A stretch of DNA of 62,718 nt, the filler included, from an uncultured bacterium (GTDB lineage: Bacteria; DAOPZR01): NCBI GenBank assembly GCA_964637655.1. It is 26 parts of 26 records of this genome, joined end to end, with 100 filler letters (N's around TTAATTAATTAA, not from the genome) between each part and the next. Parts side by side here need not be neighbours in the genome. Positions count along the whole stretch, not along the records: positions 46,687 to 48,928 come from CAZWUZ010000431.1; positions 49,029 to 51,192 come from CAZWUZ010000432.1; positions 51,293 to 53,506 come from CAZWUZ010000433.1; positions 53,607 to 55,812 come from CAZWUZ010000434.1; positions 55,913 to 58,118 come from CAZWUZ010000435.1; positions 58,219 to 60,419 come from CAZWUZ010000436.1; 20 more parts are not named here. One strand, 5' to 3'. The notes below the pieces were generated by a model, which had not been told where the DNA came from, searched no databases, and saw only the letters and a program-made list of their open reading frames with translations. The position numbers and the translations under genes are program-made. Below, one piece after another: positions 48,393 to 58,856 of the stretch. The first letter of the stretch is position 1, and every line of letters begins with the position of its first letter.

Positions 48393-48857
48393 CTATGAAC
48401 TGCGATTCTTCTCACGCAGGTTGGTGAAGAAAATCCTCAATAACCTGCTGCACTGTTCTTCTTCCACCCCGAATACCACCTGCGGAACATGATTCAATTT
48501 GTTATCCTGTAATATATTGTAAACACTACCTACAGCCCCTGCCTTGGCATCAAAGGTGCCGAAAACGACTTTTGCGCACCGCGCGAGAATAAGTGCTCCT
48601 GCGCACATTACACACGGTTCAAGCGTCGCGTAGAGCACGCAATCATCCAAACGGTAATACTGTTTATAACGTGTTGCCTCGCGTAGTGCAAGGATCTCGG
48701 CGTGGGCGGCAGGATCGTTCAATTCGACGATGCGGTTGCGCCCGCGGCCGATAACCTCGTCGCCAGCGACGACCACGGCCCCGACGGGGACTTCCCCGGC
48801 CGCCGCGGCCGCCTCCGCCTCGCGAATGGCCAGGGCCATGAATGCGCGGTCGGTCAT
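48393..48857 (-). CDS. tadA: tRNA adenosine(34) deaminase
   Basis: GEVPVGAVVV, HAE, TLEPC.MC, D.K.GA.GS, LNH. Confidence 0.95.
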   Translation of the reverse strand: MTDRAFMALAIREAEAAAAAGEVPVGAVVVAGDEVIGRGRNRIVELNDPAAHAEILALREATRYKQYYRLDDCVLYATLEPCVMCAGALILARCAKVVFGTFDAKAGAVGSVYNILQDNKLNHVPQVVFGVEEEQCSRLLRIFFTNLREKNRSS

Positions 48858-48865
48858 AAGAAAAA

Positions 48866-48928
48866 TGGTACGGCTGGAGGGATTCGAACCCCCGACCTTC
48901 TGGTCCGTAGCCAGACGCTCTATCCAGC
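48866..48928 (-). tRNA. tRNA-Arg (ACG), 5' truncated
   Basis: TCTGG-CTACGGA-CCAGA anticodon arm, GGTTCGAATCC T-arm, CCA. Confidence 0.92.
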
Positions 48929-49028
48929 NNNNNNNNNNNNNNNNNNNNNNNNNNNNNNNNNNNNNNNNNNNNTTAATTAATTAANNNNNNNNNNNNNNNN
49001 NNNNNNNNNNNNNNNNNNNNNNNNNNNN

Positions 49029-49635
49029 CGCCGCCGGCGATAACCAGGGGGTTTTGGCAGCCGGCAACCCCCTCGGCGAACGACTCGGGGGTGCCGGTGT
49101 AGGCGACCTTGGCGATGTCGGCGCCCAGTTCCGCAGCGACGCGCGCGGCATGCTTGACCACCTTGACATCGTACTCGTTCTTGACCTTGGGTCCGCGGCA
49201 GTACATCATGGCGAGCAGCGGCATGCCCCAGCGCACGCAGTCGCGCGCGACGGTGCCAAAATCGCGCAGCATGGTGGCCTCAGTGTCAGCCCCGAGGTTG
49301 ACATGGATGGAGACCGCGTCGGCGCCGAGCTGGATCGCCTCCTCGACCGTGCAGACCAGTTCCTTGGCATTGCTGTCAACAGCGAGCGCGGTGGAGGCGG
49401 AGAGATGGATGATGAGGCCGACATCGCGCCCGCTGCGGCGATGTCCGGCGCTGACCATCCCCTTATGCATGATGACCGCATCCGCGCCCCCCTGCACGAT
49501 GCGGGTGACCGCGTCGCGCATGCTGACGAGCCCGGGGATGGGCCCGACCGTCGCCCCGTGGTCCACGGGAACGATCACTGAGCGCCCTGAGCGCCGGTCG
49601 ATAATCCGTTCGAGACGTACCTGCTTGCCGATCAT
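49029..49635 (-). CDS. 2-amino-3,7-dideoxy-D-threo-hept-6-ulosonate synthase / DhnA-type class I aldolase (3' truncated)
   Basis: [50 protein letters not shown]. Confidence 0.85.
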
Positions 49636-49663
49636 GCGGCACCTCCTGCTTTCCTGTCTGCAA

Positions 49664-49692
49664 AATATAGCACATATCAGCAATATTGTCAA
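49664..49692 (-). promoter_or_regulatory. sigma70 promoter of the aldolase gene
   Basis: TTGACA-17bp-TATATT with TG extension. Confidence 0.8.
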
Positions 49693-49748
49693 GTTTTCTT
49701 CAATATTGCAGTTTATGTATCCATTTTTTCGCAGTGGTGTCAGACCTG

Positions 49749-49777
49749 TTGACACGTAAATGTTTTAGTGGTATACT
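49749..49777 (+). promoter_or_regulatory. sigma70 promoter driving the structured RNA candidate
   Basis: TTGACA-17bp-TATACT with TG extension. Confidence 0.85.
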
Positions 49778-49783
49778 TGATGG

Positions 49784-50083
49784 TGGAAGGAACAGAAATC
49801 GCAGGAAGGCCTACCTGCGTGCGGGCCGCGGCCCGATGGAAGTCCGGAAGTGGCCGCCCGGGCATGTTCTTTCCATGAAGGCCGTGGCTGCTTCGGGCGT
49901 ATCGTCAGGTCCCGCAAGGGGATTGGCGCCATTGGAGGCCTTCATCTTTTTCAAGGCGCCGGTTGCCCGCCTTCGCGCAAGCGAGAACTCGCAGCCAATG
50001 GGTGGCGTCCCCTGGGAATGATGCCATCTGTTCCACGTGCCGGGCGCTCCGTACCAGGCGGAGCGGGGAACCCGGCTTTTTTT
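49784..50083 (+). ncRNA. Candidate structured non-coding RNA or long regulatory leader, family unassigned
   Basis: Starts 7 nt after the -10 box; five consecutive helical domains, two GCAA tetraloops, ends in hairpin + U7. Confidence 0.65.
50039..50083 (+). terminator. Intrinsic terminator
   Basis: GCCGGG-CGCTCCG-loop-CGGAGCG-GGGAA-CCCGGC followed by TTTTTTT. Confidence 0.8.
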
Positions 50084-50202
50084 GTGCCCTGCCGCTTCCC
50101 CCGTCGCTGTCACCCTCACTGAAACTTTTCCGGAAACCTCCCTGTCAATGTTCCCGTGCGGCATAACCGCATAGTGCAAAGACAGATATGGAGGATTTTC
50201 TC

Positions 50203-51192
50203 ATGTTCGTCTCATCTTCGCGGTTTACGGGTCTTTTGCTGGTCGCTGTGGCTGCCATCACCCTGGTCGGGTGTGCCTCACGTCCTGTCGCCCGTTTCAC
50301 CGGCCCCGACCTCTCTGTTTCCGCCAGTGAACTGAAGCTGCTGCCGGTCACCCCGACCGAGGGTGAACTGGCAGTGGCCTCGGTCATCGTCCGTTCCGCG
50401 GGTACGCAGGCAACGCAATCCGTGCAGGGCGCCTTCTATGTCAACGGGCAAATGGCGCGCCCGGTGGTGGAGATCCCGGCCCTGCAGCCGGGTGAGTACC
50501 GCGAGTACCGCGTCGAATTTGTCCCCGCGCAGAGCGGGCGCACGCGTCTCGAATTCCATGCCGACCTGTATGATGTAGCGCGCGAGATCCGCACCTACAA
50601 CAACCGGGTGAGCACCACCTGCACCGTCATGGCGGCGCTCCCGGCCACCACGACCACCACTGTGGTGGTGGCGGATAACGGCGGCGTGGTGTGTGGCGGC
50701 GGCAGCGCGGCAGGCGGGGAGATCGTGATTGTCAGGGAAAAGGGGTTCGATCTGGCGCTGCTGGACGGCACGCTGCGCGTCGGGGAAGGGAATGGCGGCA
50801 AGCTGCGTTTGTCAGTCGATGTCGCCAATCTCAGCGGCGTGGCGCAGGACCGGGTCGCGCATGTCAGTTTCACCGTTGATGGTGAGGAACTCCATCCCGC
50901 GCGCACGGTCAACCGCCTCGGCGCGGGCGAGCAGGCGACGGTAAGCGTCGATTTCCGCCCGGAGCGCAGCGGCCAGCACCGCATCACCGCGACCATCGTC
51001 TATACCGGCGGATTCGCGGACCACAGCCAGCGCAATGACCGGGTCAGCGCGATATTGCACCTCAACCAGCCGGCCTTGACGTCCGCATCGAGTCGCGTCG
51101 TCGTCATCAGCGCCCCGTCACGCGACGAGCAGCGCGGGCAGGGAAACAACGGCAACCATTACGGCAATAGCGGCAATAATGACAACGGCAAC
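50203..51192 (+). CDS. Lipoprotein with two CARDB/Ig-like domains and Gly/Asn-rich tail (3' truncated)
   Basis: LVGC lipobox, PDLSV, L.PGE, E....NN, second DLAL..L.AGE..G.H.I..ND domain; GGAGG RBS. Confidence 0.8.
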
Positions 51193-51292
51193 NNNNNNNN
51201 NNNNNNNNNNNNNNNNNNNNNNNNNNNNNNNNNNNNTTAATTAATTAANNNNNNNNNNNNNNNNNNNNNNNNNNNNNNNNNNNNNNNNNNNN

Positions 51293-53506
51293 GTGCAGGT
51301 ACACGGCGTTGCGGTAGTTTTCCGGCAGGGTGCGCACCGCATCGAGGTCCTGCCGCAGGTCGCGCGCGGACCTGACCGCGATGGTGTAGCGCTCGCGCCC
51401 CTCAATCGTGCGCGCGATCTCCATCCCGCCGAGCGCGCTCTCCACCTGCATCAGCGCCTCGTCGAGCGCGATGCCGTAGCGGGCCAGCGCCTCGCGCCGC
51501 GGGGTGATCTTCAGGAAGAATCCGCCCGTGACGCGCTCGGCAAAAACCGACCTCGCCCCGTCCACCGTGCGCAATTCCTCTTCGAGCCGGATCGCCAGCC
51601 GCTCGATCTCCTTCAGGTCGCGTCCCATCACCTTGATGCCGACCGGCGTGCGGATGCCCGTCGCCAGCATGTCGATGCGCGTGCGGATGGGCATCGTCCA
51701 GGCATTCTGCCAGCCGGGGAACCGGCATTTTTCGTTCAGTTCGCCGATGAGGTCGTCGTAGGTCAGGCGGTCGGGCCAGAAGGGACGCAGCACCGCCGCG
51801 CGCAGCCATTCGGGCGCCCAGTCGCTGTACCACGTGTCACGCGCCCGCCACTCGCTCTCCGGCTTGAGCATGATCACCGTCTCGACCATCGAGAATGGCG
51901 CGGGATCGGTGGAACTCTCGAATCGTCCCGCCTTGCCGAACACGCTCGCCACTTCGGGGATGGCGCGGATGATGCGGTTCTGCGCCTGCAGGATGCGCCG
52001 CGCCTCAGTTACCGACAGGCCCGGAAACGTCGTCGGCATGTAGAGGATGCTCCCCTCCTCGAGCGGAGGCATGAACTCCTTGCCCAGCGCCAGCCACGCC
52101 GGCACCGTCGCCACCAGTGCCACCAGCGCCAGCACGAGCATCAGCACCGGCCTGCGCAGGGTGAATGTGCAGATTGGTTCGTAGATGGCGAAGAGCAGCC
52201 GCGAAACGGGATGTTTTTCCTCGCTGCGCACTTTGCCAACGAGGATGACGTTCGCCAGCCGGGCCAGCGGCCGCGGGCGGAAGGTAAACTCCTTCGTGCG
52301 CATCAGCAGCAGCCGCAGCGCGGGGTCGAGCGTGACGGCCAGCAGCGCGGCGATGGCCATGGCCAGCGTCTTGGTCAGCGCCAGCGGGCGGAACATCCGC
52401 CCCTCCTGCCCCGTCAGCGCGAAGACCGGCAGGAACGACACCGCGATGATCAGCAGCGAATAGAACGTCGGGCGCCCGACTTCCTGCACCGCGCGGATGA
52501 TGACGTCGGTACTGCTCCCCTGCCGCCCCCCCGCCTCCCACTCCTCGAGCCGCTTGTGCGTGTTCTCCACCACGACGATGGCGCCGTCCACCAGCGCCCC
52601 GATGGCGACCGCGATCCCCCCCAGCGACATGATGTTCGAGGTGAGGCCCGACTGCTGCATGGGGATAAATGAGAGCAGCACCGCGACGGGAATGGTGACA
52701 ATGGGAATGAGCGCGCTGGGCACATGCAGCAGAAACAGCATGATGACTAAGGAGACGACAAATATCTCCTCTGTGAGGGCCCCGGTCAGCGTGGCAATGG
52801 CGCGCTTGATCAGGTCCGAGCGGTCATACACCTCGATGAATTCCACGCCGGGCGGCAGCGACGGGCGCAGTTCGTCGATCTTCGTTTTGACCCGCGCGAT
52901 GACGTTGAGCGCGTTCTCCCCCTGCCGCATCAGCACCACGCCGCCGACGCATTCACCCTCGCCGTTGAGTTCCGCCACCCCGCGCCGCATGTTGGGCGCT
53001 TCCACCACGCGCCCGATATCACCCACCGTCAGCGGTGTCCCGTTGCGGCTCGCCCCGAGTCCCACCTGCGCGATATCAGCGGTGTTCGCGATATAGCCGT
53101 GCCCCCAGACCATGTACTCGCGCCCGGCAAACTCCAAAACCCGCCCGCCCACGTCGCGGTTCGCTCCCTGCACGCGCCGGATAACTTCGTCCACCGTGAT
53201 GCCGTAGGCGCGCAGTTTGGTCGGTTCCAGTTCGACCACGTACTGCTTCTCGTGCCCGCCCACCGACGCGACTTCCGCCACCCCTTCCACCGACTGCAGG
53301 GTGTAGCGCAAAAACCAGTCCTGCAGCGTGCGCAGGTCGGCGAGGTCATGCTGCCCCGTGCGGTCGACCAGCGCGTACTGGTAGACCCACCCGACCGCCG
53401 TGGCGTCGGGTCCCATCTCCAGTTTCGCGTCGTCGTGTAAACTACCCTGGATGCGCGCGAGATATTCGAGCACACGCGATCGCGCCCAGTACAGGTCGGT
53501 GCCGTC
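51293..53506 (-). CDS. cusA: CusA/CzcA heavy-metal efflux RND permease (internal fragment)
   Basis: DLYWARSRVLEYL, GPDAT.VGWVYQY, NIMSLGGIA.AIGALVD, EFMPPLEEG, TDPAP.SM.ET, PI..RIDML.TGI.TP. Confidence 0.93.
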
Positions 53507-53606
53507 NNNNNNNNNNNNNNNNNNNNNNNNNNNNNNNNNNNNNNNNNNNNTTAATTAATTAANNNNNNNNNNNNNNNNNNNNNNNNNNNNNNNNNNNNNN
53601 NNNNNN

Positions 53607-53806
53607 CACCCACGGAGCACACGGAGCACACGGACCAGGATACGCAACGAGGGGGATGGCTGAAGGGGTTAAAGGTAGTGGCAGTAAGGCGGCACGGGCA
53701 GTTCTCCGTGTACTCCGTGTGCTCCGTGGTAAAAGCAGTAGAGTAGCAGGGCAGGCGAGTGATGTGACACGGGCAGTTCTCTGCGTGCTCTGTGTGCTCT
53801 GCGGTG
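53607..53806. repeat. Nonamer repeat element with inverted arms
   Basis: CACGGAGCA x3 at 53611-53634; inverted CTCCGTG x3 at 53704-53729; variant CTCTG(C/T)G x3 at 53779-53806. Confidence 0.85.
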
Positions 53807-53837
53807 AACGTAGTGGCAGTTGGGCAAGGAGAATGAC

Positions 53838-55303
<1,466 letters not shown>

Positions 55304-55306
55304 ACG

Positions 55307-55812
55307 ATGAACCGGCTGATTATTGTCGATGACGATGTGGCCATGCGCGAGTCGACTGCGGCACTGCTGCAGCGCGAGGGATATGAGGTGCAGGTGGTGG
55401 CAGATGGCGAGCAGGGTCTGCAACTGCTGGCTGCGGCGCCGGGTGCCATACTGCTCGCCGACCTGAAGATGCCGCGCCTCGACGGCGTGGAACTGGTGCG
55501 TCGCGCGCGCGGGAATTGCGGCACGCAGGATATTGTGGTGATGACGGGCTATCCTGACGACCACGCCATCGAGGAACTCGACCGGCTCGGGGTGCACGCG
55601 GTGCTGGTCAAGCCCTTCAGTGCGGAACAGTTGCGCTTTACCCTGCACGGCATCCGCTGCCGCCGGCGCGAACGCGAGGCGTGGCGTGCGTTCGGCGCCG
55701 CGGAGCAGGGACTGGTCGGCACTTCAGTCGCCATGCGTCGTGTGCGCGAGCAGGTCAGGCGCTACGCCCCCACCACGCTCCCGGTGCTCATCGGCGGGCC
55801 CACCGGGACGGG
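55307..55812 (+). CDS. Sigma-54-dependent response regulator (NtrC-like), 3' truncated
   Basis: Receiver domain then LVG.S.AM..V..Q....A....PVLIGG.TGTG. Confidence 0.85.
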
Positions 55813-55912
55813 NNNNNNNNNNNNNNNNNNNNNNNNNNNNNNNNNNNNNNNNNNNNTTAATTAATTAANNNNNNNNNNNNNNNNNNNNNNNNNNNNNNNN
55901 NNNNNNNNNNNN

Positions 55913-56230
55913 CGCTTCAGCAAGATCGCCGGCGAGATGGTGCCGCATGCGCGACTCGAAGAGGAACTGCATGCGATACTCGGCGCGACCGAGACGGTGT
56001 GCGCGGTGACGGCGGTGCCTGATGCGAAGCGGGGGGAGCGGCTGGTGGTGCTCTACCGCCGCGACGTGCCGGTGCCGGAGGCGGCAGCGCAACTGACGAC
56101 GCGCGGCCTGCCCAACCTCTGGCTGCCCGCCCGCGATGCCTACCATGCGGTGGACGCGCTGCCGCTGCTGGGGAGCGGCAAACTCGACCTGCAGCGGCTG
56201 CGGGCGCTGGCGGCGGAACTGGCCGGCTGA
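55913..56230 (+). CDS. aas: Aas-type acyl-ACP synthetase, C-terminal fragment
   Basis: RFSKIAGEMVPH, VPD.KRGERLV, LPNLW.P, LP.LGSGK.D. Confidence 0.85.
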   Translation, partial: RFSKIAGEMVPHARLEEELHAILGATETVCAVTAVPDAKRGERLVVLYRRDVPVPEAAAQLTTRGLPNLWLPARDAYHAVDALPLLGSGKLDLQRLRALAAELAG

Positions 56231-56239
56231 CCGCGGCGC

Positions 56240-57196
56240 TCAGAACCCGGCGAGGGGCGTGGTGAGGAAGAAGTAGCGGGTAAGGTGGAAGAAGACAGGG
56301 GCGGCAAAGCAGAGGGCGATGCCGCGCTCGAGCATGCTGGCGCCCGCCGTGACGATAATCCCCTGCCGGTTGCGGTCGCGGCAGATGGCGGCGTAGCAGA
56401 GTTCGCCGAACGAGCCCATGAGCACCGCGGCCAGCGCCATGAGCACGGCGGCCGCGGCCCCGAATGGTGTTGCCGGCGCGATCAGCAATCCGGCGACGGC
56501 TGCGGCCAGCCAGCCGGCAAGCATCCCCTCCCAGCAGCAGGTTTCACTCAGCGTGCGTGCCACCGGGTGCGTTCCGGCAGCGGTGTCGACCAGCCGGCGC
56601 ACGAGGTCGGCAACCTGCATAACCGTGACGAGAAAGACCAGCAGGCGCAGTCCGGCGCCCGGGGCATCCGGCAGCGGCAGTTTGATGAGCGCGGGCGCGT
56701 GGCTGACGGCATAGATGCAGAGCATCGTCCCCCACTGCAGTTTGGCGGCGCGTTCGAGAAACCCGGTGGCGTCGCCGGCGGCGGCAATCCGCACGGGCAG
56801 AAAGAGGAAGGCGTAGACGGGGATGAGGATGCTGAACAGGCCGTACCAGCCGCTGGCCAGCAGCCCGTACTGCAGCGGAATGAGCATGAACGCCCAGAAG
56901 AGGGCACGATGGTCGCCGCGGCGGGTCGGGGTCATGGTGATGAACTCACGCAGCAGCAGGAACGAGGTGAGGGCGAAGACGAGAATCGAACCGAAGCCGC
57001 CGGTGAGCAGGGCGAGCAGCAGAATGCCGGTCATAGCCCACCAGCCGCGCAGCCGGGCGGTGAAGACGCCGGCCAGCCGGCGGGCGCGTGCGTCGCGGCA
57101 GCGGGCGAGCGGCAGGGCGAACAGGGTGGCCGCCGCCAGGGCGGCGAGCAGCCAGGCAAAGAGCTGTACGGTGGGTGAAGCACCGGTCATGGTCAT
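56240..57196 (-). CDS. Phosphatidate cytidylyltransferase family (YnbB-like), catalytic motifs degenerate
   Basis: R..WW.M, SF..LREFIT.TPTRRGDH, WYG.F.I.IPVYAFL, SHAPAL, LCFAAPVFFHLTRYFF. Confidence 0.85.
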   Translation of the reverse strand: MTMTGASPTVQLFAWLLAALAAATLFALPLARCRDARARRLAGVFTARLRGWWAMTGILLLALLTGGFGSILVFALTSFLLLREFITMTPTRRGDHRALFWAFMLIPLQYGLLASGWYGLFSILIPVYAFLFLPVRIAAAGDATGFLERAAKLQWGTMLCIYAVSHAPALIKLPLPDAPGAGLRLLVFLVTVMQVADLVRRLVDTAAGTHPVARTLSETCCWEGMLAGWLAAAVAGLLIAPATPFGAAAAVLMALAAVLMGSFGELCYAAICRDRNRQGIIVTAGASMLERGIALCFAAPVFFHLTRYFFLTTPLAGF

Positions 57197-57825
57197 GTCT
57201 CCCGCAGGGCGAGGATCGCCTGCCGTGCACGGTCGAGGAACGCGTGTTTTTTCTCGCCGGGCCGCAGCGACAGCGGCGGCCCGAAACTGAGGCTGCTGAG
57301 GACCGGTACCGGGATGAACTCCCCCTTGGGCAGGATGCGGTTGAGGTTTTCGAGATAGACGGGCACCAGTTCGATCCCGGGCTTCCCTTCCGCCAGGGCG
57401 AACAGTCCTCCCTTGAACGGGCCCGGCTCGCTGTCGTCACGACGCGTTCCCTCGGGGAAAATGATCAGGGAATGCGTGTCGCCGATGCCCGCGAGCAGGG
57501 TGGCGATGCCGCGCGCGGCGTCACGCACACTGCCGCTGTGATCAGCACGGTCGATGAGAATGGTGTTGAGCACGTCGCAGGCGAGATAGCGGCGCAGCGC
57601 GGACCCGGTCCAGTAGTCGCGGGCGCCCGCGGGGCGGGTCAGGCGGCGCACCGCGGGGGGGAGCGACGCCCAGAGCACGATGATGTCGAGATGGCTGCCG
57701 TGATTGGCGAAATAGATGCGCTGGCGTGTTGCCGGCAGGCAATCGACCCAGCGCACGGAAACGCCGGTCAGCGCACGGGCGAACCCGCCCAGCAGGAGAC
57801 CGGCGCAGTGCGCGGTGGCGCTCAT
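57193..57825 (-). CDS. Lysophospholipid acyltransferase (PlsC-like)
   Basis: ANHGSHLD, IDR, IIFPEGTR, FK.G, LPKGE. Confidence 0.92.
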   Translation of the reverse strand: MSATAHCAGLLLGGFARALTGVSVRWVDCLPATRQRIYFANHGSHLDIIVLWASLPPAVRRLTRPAGARDYWTGSALRRYLACDVLNTILIDRADHSGSVRDAARGIATLLAGIGDTHSLIIFPEGTRRDDSEPGPFKGGLFALAEGKPGIELVPVYLENLNRILPKGEFIPVPVLSSLSFGPPLSLRPGEKKHAFLDRARQAILALRET

Positions 57826-58118
57826 CGCCCTTCGAGTTCGCGGACGATCAGCCGGGCGCGGCGCAGCACGGTGGCCGCACAGCCGAGCGCGATGAGGGCG
57901 AGCACGCCGGCAATGATTTGCTCGCCGCGGAGTCCGGGGAGCGCGGCCGCGAGCAGCAGCGCGACGGTGATGAGCGCCATGCGGTGCTGCTTGGCCATGG
58001 GGCCGCAGAACGGCTGCGTGCCGCCGGCCGCGCCGCCCAGCATGCGCACGTAGGCGGTGAGCACAGCGCCCAGCCCGGCCAGCCAGCCGAGTTCGCTGCC
58101 GTACATGATGCCGGGCGC
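57822..58118 (-). CDS. CDP-alcohol phosphatidyltransferase family (YnjF-like), C-terminal part
   Basis: LTAYVR.LG..Q.FCGPMAKQHRMA. Confidence 0.8.
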   Translation of the reverse strand, partial: APGIMYGSELGWLAGLGAVLTAYVRMLGGAAGGTQPFCGPMAKQHRMALITVALLLAAALPGLRGEQIIAGVLALIALGCAATVLRRARLIVRELEGR

Positions 58119-58218
58119 NNNNNNNNNNNNNNNNNNNNNNNNNNNNNNNNNNNNNNNNNNNNTTAATTAATTAANNNNNNNNNNNNNNNNNNNNNNNNNN
58201 NNNNNNNNNNNNNNNNNN

Positions 58219-58856
58219 GACAGCTGCCAGCGCCGCCAGCGGCCGCCCGCGCACCGCGTCAATGGCGAAGGCCTGCACCCCGACCTGCACCAGCAGGGTG
58301 CCGCCGGGCTTCAGCACGCGCCGGCATTCCGCCAGTGCCGCCGCCACGTCGAGGAAATAGTCGATGCTCGCGATGCTGACCGCCGTGGTGAATGCCGCGT
58401 CGGGATAGGGAAGAAATTCCGCCGTGGCGAAAGCCAGGCGCCGCCCCGTCGCCGCTGCCGTCGCCGTCACCGCCGGGTCGATACCATGATATTCCACCGC
58501 CGGCGGCAGCTGCGCCGCCAGCGCACCGTCACGACAGCCGATATCGAGCAACGCGCCCGCCGCCCGCGGCAGACCGCCGAACCGGAAAAACTGTTCGAGC
58601 AATTCCTCACCCTGCCGCCGGGCCTGCGGCGAGTCGTCGGCCAGCAGGTCTGCCGGGAGNNNNNNNNNNGCCACTGCTGCAGGTAGGCCGCCACCTCCGC
58701 CCCGCGCGCCGCTGCCCCGGGAAAACGCGCCGCCACGAGGTCGGGCACGCGAAAATCGGGGATGCCGTCATGCTCGGGATACGTCACCGCGCAGGCCGCG
58801 CACTCCCGGCCGCGCAATGCCCCCTGGCAGCGCGGGCAGGCGTAGGACACCGTCAC
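58219..58856 (-). CDS. Class I SAM-dependent methyltransferase with N-terminal Trm112-like zinc finger (internal 10-N gap, 3' truncated)
   Basis: YACPRC..C..C...YP..DGIPDF then LLDIGC.DG, GIDP, AE.LPYPD..F, E..RVLKPGG. Confidence 0.8.

Noticed and set aside
49784-50083. RNase P RNA identity for the structured RNA (AAGTCCGG at 49840 and CCCGGCTT at 50071 resemble P4 strands)
   Set aside because: The GAGGAAAGUCC context is imperfect and the internal conserved regions and P1/P2 are not evident; a cmscan is needed to exclude it fully.
58660-58669. Apparent frameshift splitting the methyltransferase
   Set aside because: It coincides with a 10-N scaffolding gap, so it is not evidence of a pseudogene.
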